NCBI GenBank assembly: GCA_964016885.1 | Contig: OZ024747.1 | Location: 85,374,001 to 85,438,000, forward strand | DNA length: 64,000 nucleotides | Reading direction: 5' to 3' | Source: Eledone cirrhosa | Lineage: Eukaryota | In this document: one piece after another, positions 58,119 to 64,000 of the stretch | Layout: every line of letters starts with the position of its first letter | Position numbering within the stretch: the first letter of the stretch is position 1 | Notes under the pieces: model-generated | What the model saw: the letters and a program-made list of their open reading frames with translations, nothing else | Told to the model about the DNA's origin: nothing | Databases searched by the model: none | Made by a program: the position numbers and the translations under genes

Positions 58119-58651
58119 TGTTATCCATAGACATACACTCCCATATACATATATATTTATAGACACACACACATATGTTGCTGTTGGATAGAGTTCAAGA
58201 TGTTCAGCCACCTGTAATAAAAACTGAGGTATTTTCTTTCTAATTTTGCTATTGTGCAGCTGCAATTAAAAAGTATGTGTATGTATGTGTGCTTGTGTGT
58301 ATGTGTGTATGCACGTGTGTGTATGTGTGTGTGAGCTTGTAAATGTGTCTAAGTGTGTGTGCGAGAGTGTATGAGTGCGTGAGTTGATGTGTAAATAATA
58401 AAATGTTTAAGTATCGTATTGAAAAAAATCATATTACATAAATCAATTACAACTGACCTATAGATGATCCATTATATCTATGTGTGTGTATATATATAAA
58501 TATATATTTATATTTAATATAGAAAGGCTTCTACAAGACTAGAACTGTTTCAATCGGGAGAAATCATTAGGAAGAAATCATCATATTTATACTCTGGTTT
58601 GTATTGAGTACTTTACTTACTGTGGTTACCCCCGATTGAACCCGGGATAAA

Positions 58652-59453
<802 letters not shown>

Positions 59454-59653
59454 ATATTTACCTAAAGACATAACTTGTCTCTGCCTGTTTTGTTATGCCC
59501 CAACGTGCACTGGAATGAATAGTCTCAACCTTATTTATCCAAAACCGTAGTGATTCCCACAGGTTGACTGAAGAGATAGGACTCTCCGTCTTTCTGTTAT
59601 TTTTTCCATTGTCTTTCTCTTGTGCTCCCCCTATTTTCAATATATATATATTT

Positions 59654-59720
<67 letters not shown>

Positions 59721-59796
59721 CCCACTCACAAGAGCGTGAAACTAATAAACCTTTGTTCGTACTGCCTCTCTGTTTTGTTCCCGTTCCATTTTTCAC

Positions 59797-59946
<150 letters not shown>

Positions 59947-59954
59947 CGTGTGTG

Positions 59955-61915
59955 TGTAGCGAGATCTGTCCACGTCTTGAACCTTGGGTGACACCTAAAT
60001 GTCAAACTCTAGGTCTCCACCCTTTTGGTATAAACAGGTTCATGCGTGGGCTATCCCCTCAAGGTGGGAGACAGAAAGCGACAGGTATATAAAGCCTGTA
60101 TCATCCCACATTTATACAGAGAGATCAGAGCACCACGATACAGACCAGCTATGTGAAAGATTCACCGCTACCTTCAGGCCGCAGTGGTCTACAGTCAACT
60201 ACTACATACCATTACTCTCTCTCTCTCTTTCACTATGCTCTCAGACTACACCAGCCTCATGAACCAACAACAAAAATAACATTGTCAACCTTCGCAACTA
60301 ATAGTAATATGCTTATTGTTATTTTTGATTGAAGTGAAGTAAACCTTTATATATAAAGTAAATCGGCCATTCTTGTTATTTCATCTAACAACCATGTTAT
60401 CATCATAATAACCACTAAAAATACCCTTCGTTAAATTGGTGAACCCAACGTGATTTTTTTTTAAATAAAAAAAAATACGAAATGGTATTTAAAAAAAAAA
60501 AAGAAAACAACACGCAACCTTTTTCTACGATATGATAAAACTTCACCTTTTCACATTATTCACCAAACTTCCATTCTACGGAATATTTAAAGTGACTTCG
60601 CCTTGATTTTTCGATTCTTTACCAAACACTTCACCACGTGCTTCGTAATCTCCAACAACAACAGACAATACTACTAGCTTCCTAGCAAGAAAACTATCAC
60701 ATAAAGAAGAGAAAACTGAACTTTTTGTAAAGAACAATTATATAAATATTTTTTTTTTAAATTTTACAGGTTGTATATGAACGTTCATTTTTATTTTTTT
60801 ATTCGTTTTACTGTATTATATGCCTGTATCAACGTACACGTTTTGCATCAAACACACATCATTTTCTTTGTCACACACCAACATGTTTTTGTCTATGGTA
60901 TATTCTGGATTCGGTTGGGTCTTTGCGAGATCTCTTTTCAACTGGTCGAGGTACGGCAAGAGCTATTAAACACATGAGAATCAACCCACGGTTACTACTC
61001 GCTTGGACTAACTCAAGCACCACTGGACTCACTGAGGCATGCAACTCAAAATTGCACACACTCATGTCATAGCGTAAACCTCGACTCACCGGAAAAGAAT
61101 CTTACGTATGATGATACATCGAGAGAAATAGTCCTCTGTGTTATCATATCGTAATCCGATACCGTAATCCTAACGTTCAGCCATCCATACACAACAGTTC
61201 GAAATACATGATCACAACTTTGTATATTTACAGTTTCTTCTAAATGTTACACACACACACACATGCATACACAGTTATACGACACATTTTTTTCTCTCTC
61301 CAAATTTTTCTGCACTCGAAATGCGGGCGCAGTACCCACATTTTATGTGTTTTGGGAAATGCTTCTGGAATCATATTTCGCTACCCCTTTTATAATACAT
61401 CGCTTCTCCTGCATCGATCTGGGTAGGGAACTAATGTAGCGAGATCTGTCCACGCCTTGAACCTTAGGTGACACCTAAATGTCAAACTCTAGGTCACCAC
61501 TCTTTTGGTGTGAACAAGTTAATGCGTGGGCTATCCCCTCAAGGTGGGAGACAGAAAGCGACAGGTATATAAAGCCTGTATCATCCCACGTTTATACAAA
61601 GAGATCAGAGCACCACGATACAGACCAGCTATGTGAAAGATTCACCGCTACCTTCAGGCCGCAGTGGTCTACAGTCAACTACTACATACCATTACTCTCT
61701 CCCTCTCTTTCACTATGCTCTCAGACTACACCAGCCTCATGAACCAACAACAAAAATAACATTGTCAACCTTCGCAACTCGTGGTAATATGTTTATTGTT
61801 CTTTTTGATTGAAGTGAAGTAAACCTTTATATATAAAGTAAATCGGCCATTCTTGTTATTTCATCTAACAACCATGTTATCATCATAATAACCACTAAAA
61901 ATACCCTTCGTTAAA
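59955..61915 (+). mobile_element. Non-autonomous LTR retrotransposon (TRIM/LARD-like), 481-bp LTRs
   Basis: LTRs 59955-60435 and 61435-61915 (TGTAGCGA...TCGTTAAA); PBS at 60437; purine tract GGGTAGGGAA before the 3' LTR; no gag/pol in the interior. Confidence 0.9.
60437..60454 (+). promoter_or_regulatory. Primer binding site, tRNA-Trp type
   Basis: TGGTGAACCCAACGTGAT versus TGGTGACCCCGACGTGAT, the complement of the eukaryotic tRNA-Trp 3' end as recalled; 2 mismatches. Confidence 0.8.
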
Positions 61916-62642
61916 TATATGTATATATATTAAAATAACAGATTAAAGTTTAAGCAAAGAATCGCTGCTTTCACCCTTAATAAATATTTGCTCTACGGTT
62001 TTTATATATTTATATATATATATTATCATTATCGAACCCTCTTCGGATTTTAGTCTTCAGATTTATTATTATTACTATATATATATATATTCCAAAACTG
62101 GCAACAAATATGTTGCCAATTTTGCAATATAATCTGCGACGCCACGCGTTTCCCTTCTGCTGTAGTTGAGTTGATTATTACAAACGCAGACACGTATGTT
62201 TTTTGCATCGAACGAAGAAGCAGGACGCCTGAAATATCATTATAAAGAGGTTGTGAACTAACTATTATAACCCATTAAACTTATATAACAACTTAAAACT
62301 AATTAACTGCAAAAAACCAACAACACAAAACCAACAACCTATAAATAAAAGCTGAAATACTTAATGCGTTCATTTATTCTAGATATTCAGCAATGGAGTA
62401 ATATGTATTATTTTTCTCGGTGTCCTACATTACATTATAACAAAATAAATAATAAAAAATAACAATTAGAAACCAAATCCATCTAGACCTAATTTTTTTA
62501 TAAACACCCTCTAGCATTCCGTCATAGAGAGAGATGAAATATTTGACCGAATTTCAACAAAAAGTATAAAGACAATCGTGAAGGATAACAAATGAGAATG
62601 TATTTCACCATATGTGATTGGTGTATGTATGTAATTTAAACT

Positions 62643-64000
62643 AGTAACTATAGTCACCAATACTCACAACTGTTATAGGCACTTATAACTACTATAGGCA
62701 CCTATAACTACTATAGGCACTTATAACTACTATAAGCACCTATAACTACTATAGACACCAATAACTACTATAGTCACCAATAACTACTATAGGCACCAAT
62801 AACTGATTATATCACCAATAACTACTATAATCACAAATAACTACTATAGTTACCAATAACTACTATAATCACAAATAACTACTATAGTTACAATAACTAC
62901 TATAATCACCAATAACTACTATAGTCACCAATAACTACTATAGTCACCAATAACTACTATAGTTACCAATAACTACTATAGTCACCAATAACTATTATAG
63001 TTACCAATAACTACTATAGTCACCAATAACTACTATAGACACCAATAACTATTATAGTTACCAATAACTACTATAGTCACCAATAACTACTATTGTCACC
63101 AATAACTACTATAGTCACCAATAACTACTATAGTCACCAATAACTACTATAGGCACCTATAACTATTATAGACACCAATAACTACTATAGTCACCAATAA
63201 CTACTATAGTCACCAATAACTACTATAGTCACCAATAACTACTATAGTCACCAATAACTACTATAGTCACCTATAACTACTATAGTCACCAATAACTACT
63301 ATTGTCACCAATAACTACTATAGTCACCAATAACTACTATAGACACCAATAACTACTATAGTCACCAATAACTACTATAGGCACCTATAACTACTATAGT
63401 AACCAATAACTACTATAGACACCAATAACTACTATAGTCACCAATAACTACTATAGTCACCTATAACTACTATAGTCACCAATAACTACTGTAGACACCA
63501 ATAACTACTATAGTCACCAATAACTACTATAGGCACCAATAACTACTATAGTAACCAATAACTACTATAGACACCAATAACTACTATAGTCTCCAATAAC
63601 TACTATAGTCAACAATAACTACTATAGTCACCAATAACTACTATAGACACCAATAACTATTATAGTCACCAATAACTACTATAGTCACCAATAACTACTA
63701 TAGTCACCTATAACTACTATTGTCACCTATAACTATTATAGTCACCAATAACTACTATAGTCACCAATAACTACTATAGTCACCAATAACTACTATAGTC
63801 ACCAATAACTACTATAGTCACCAATAACTACTATAGACACCAATAACTACTATAGTCACCAATAACTACTATAGTCACCAATAACTACTATAGTCACCTA
63901 TAACTATTATAGTCTCCAATAACTACTATAGTCACCAATAACTACTATAGTCACCAATAACTACTATAGACACCAATAACTACTATAGTCACCAATAACT
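62643..64000. repeat. 19-bp satellite (ATAACTACTATAGTCACCA)n, ~70 units, running off the window
   Basis: Direct reading; degenerate at the left edge. Confidence 0.97.

Noticed and set aside
62643-64000. CRISPR or telomere repeat
   Set aside because: No spacers, and the 19-bp unit lacks TTAGGG-type G-runs.

Overview
This is AT-rich, microsatellite-dense animal genomic DNA. The SINE and retroelement content suggests a cephalopod such as Octopus, which is an inference. No host protein-coding gene can be supported, and nearly all listed ORFs are microsatellite artefacts. The window is a retroelement graveyard with the following content: Penelope-like elements (PLEs; RT + GIY-YIG) and many pseudo-LTR fragments, often as fold-back palindromes; a near-complete RTE-like LINE plus a truncated copy; seven Tx1/L1-clade 3' fragments sitting in (ATCT)n/(TA)n tracts; an R4/Dong-type restriction-like endonuclease fragment in (CATA)n; tRNA-derived SINEs; a Tc1 remnant and a MITE; a non-coding LTR element with a tRNA-Trp primer site; and several tandem arrays. 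The main hidden signal is RNA structure. About 20 hammerhead-ribozyme (HHR) motifs can be read directly, including U3-A8 core variants. One non-coding repeat family (4 copies) carries a hammerhead whose core segments occur in a non-circularly permuted, pseudoknotted order, supported by compensatory base changes between copies. All coordinates and pairings were read by eye.
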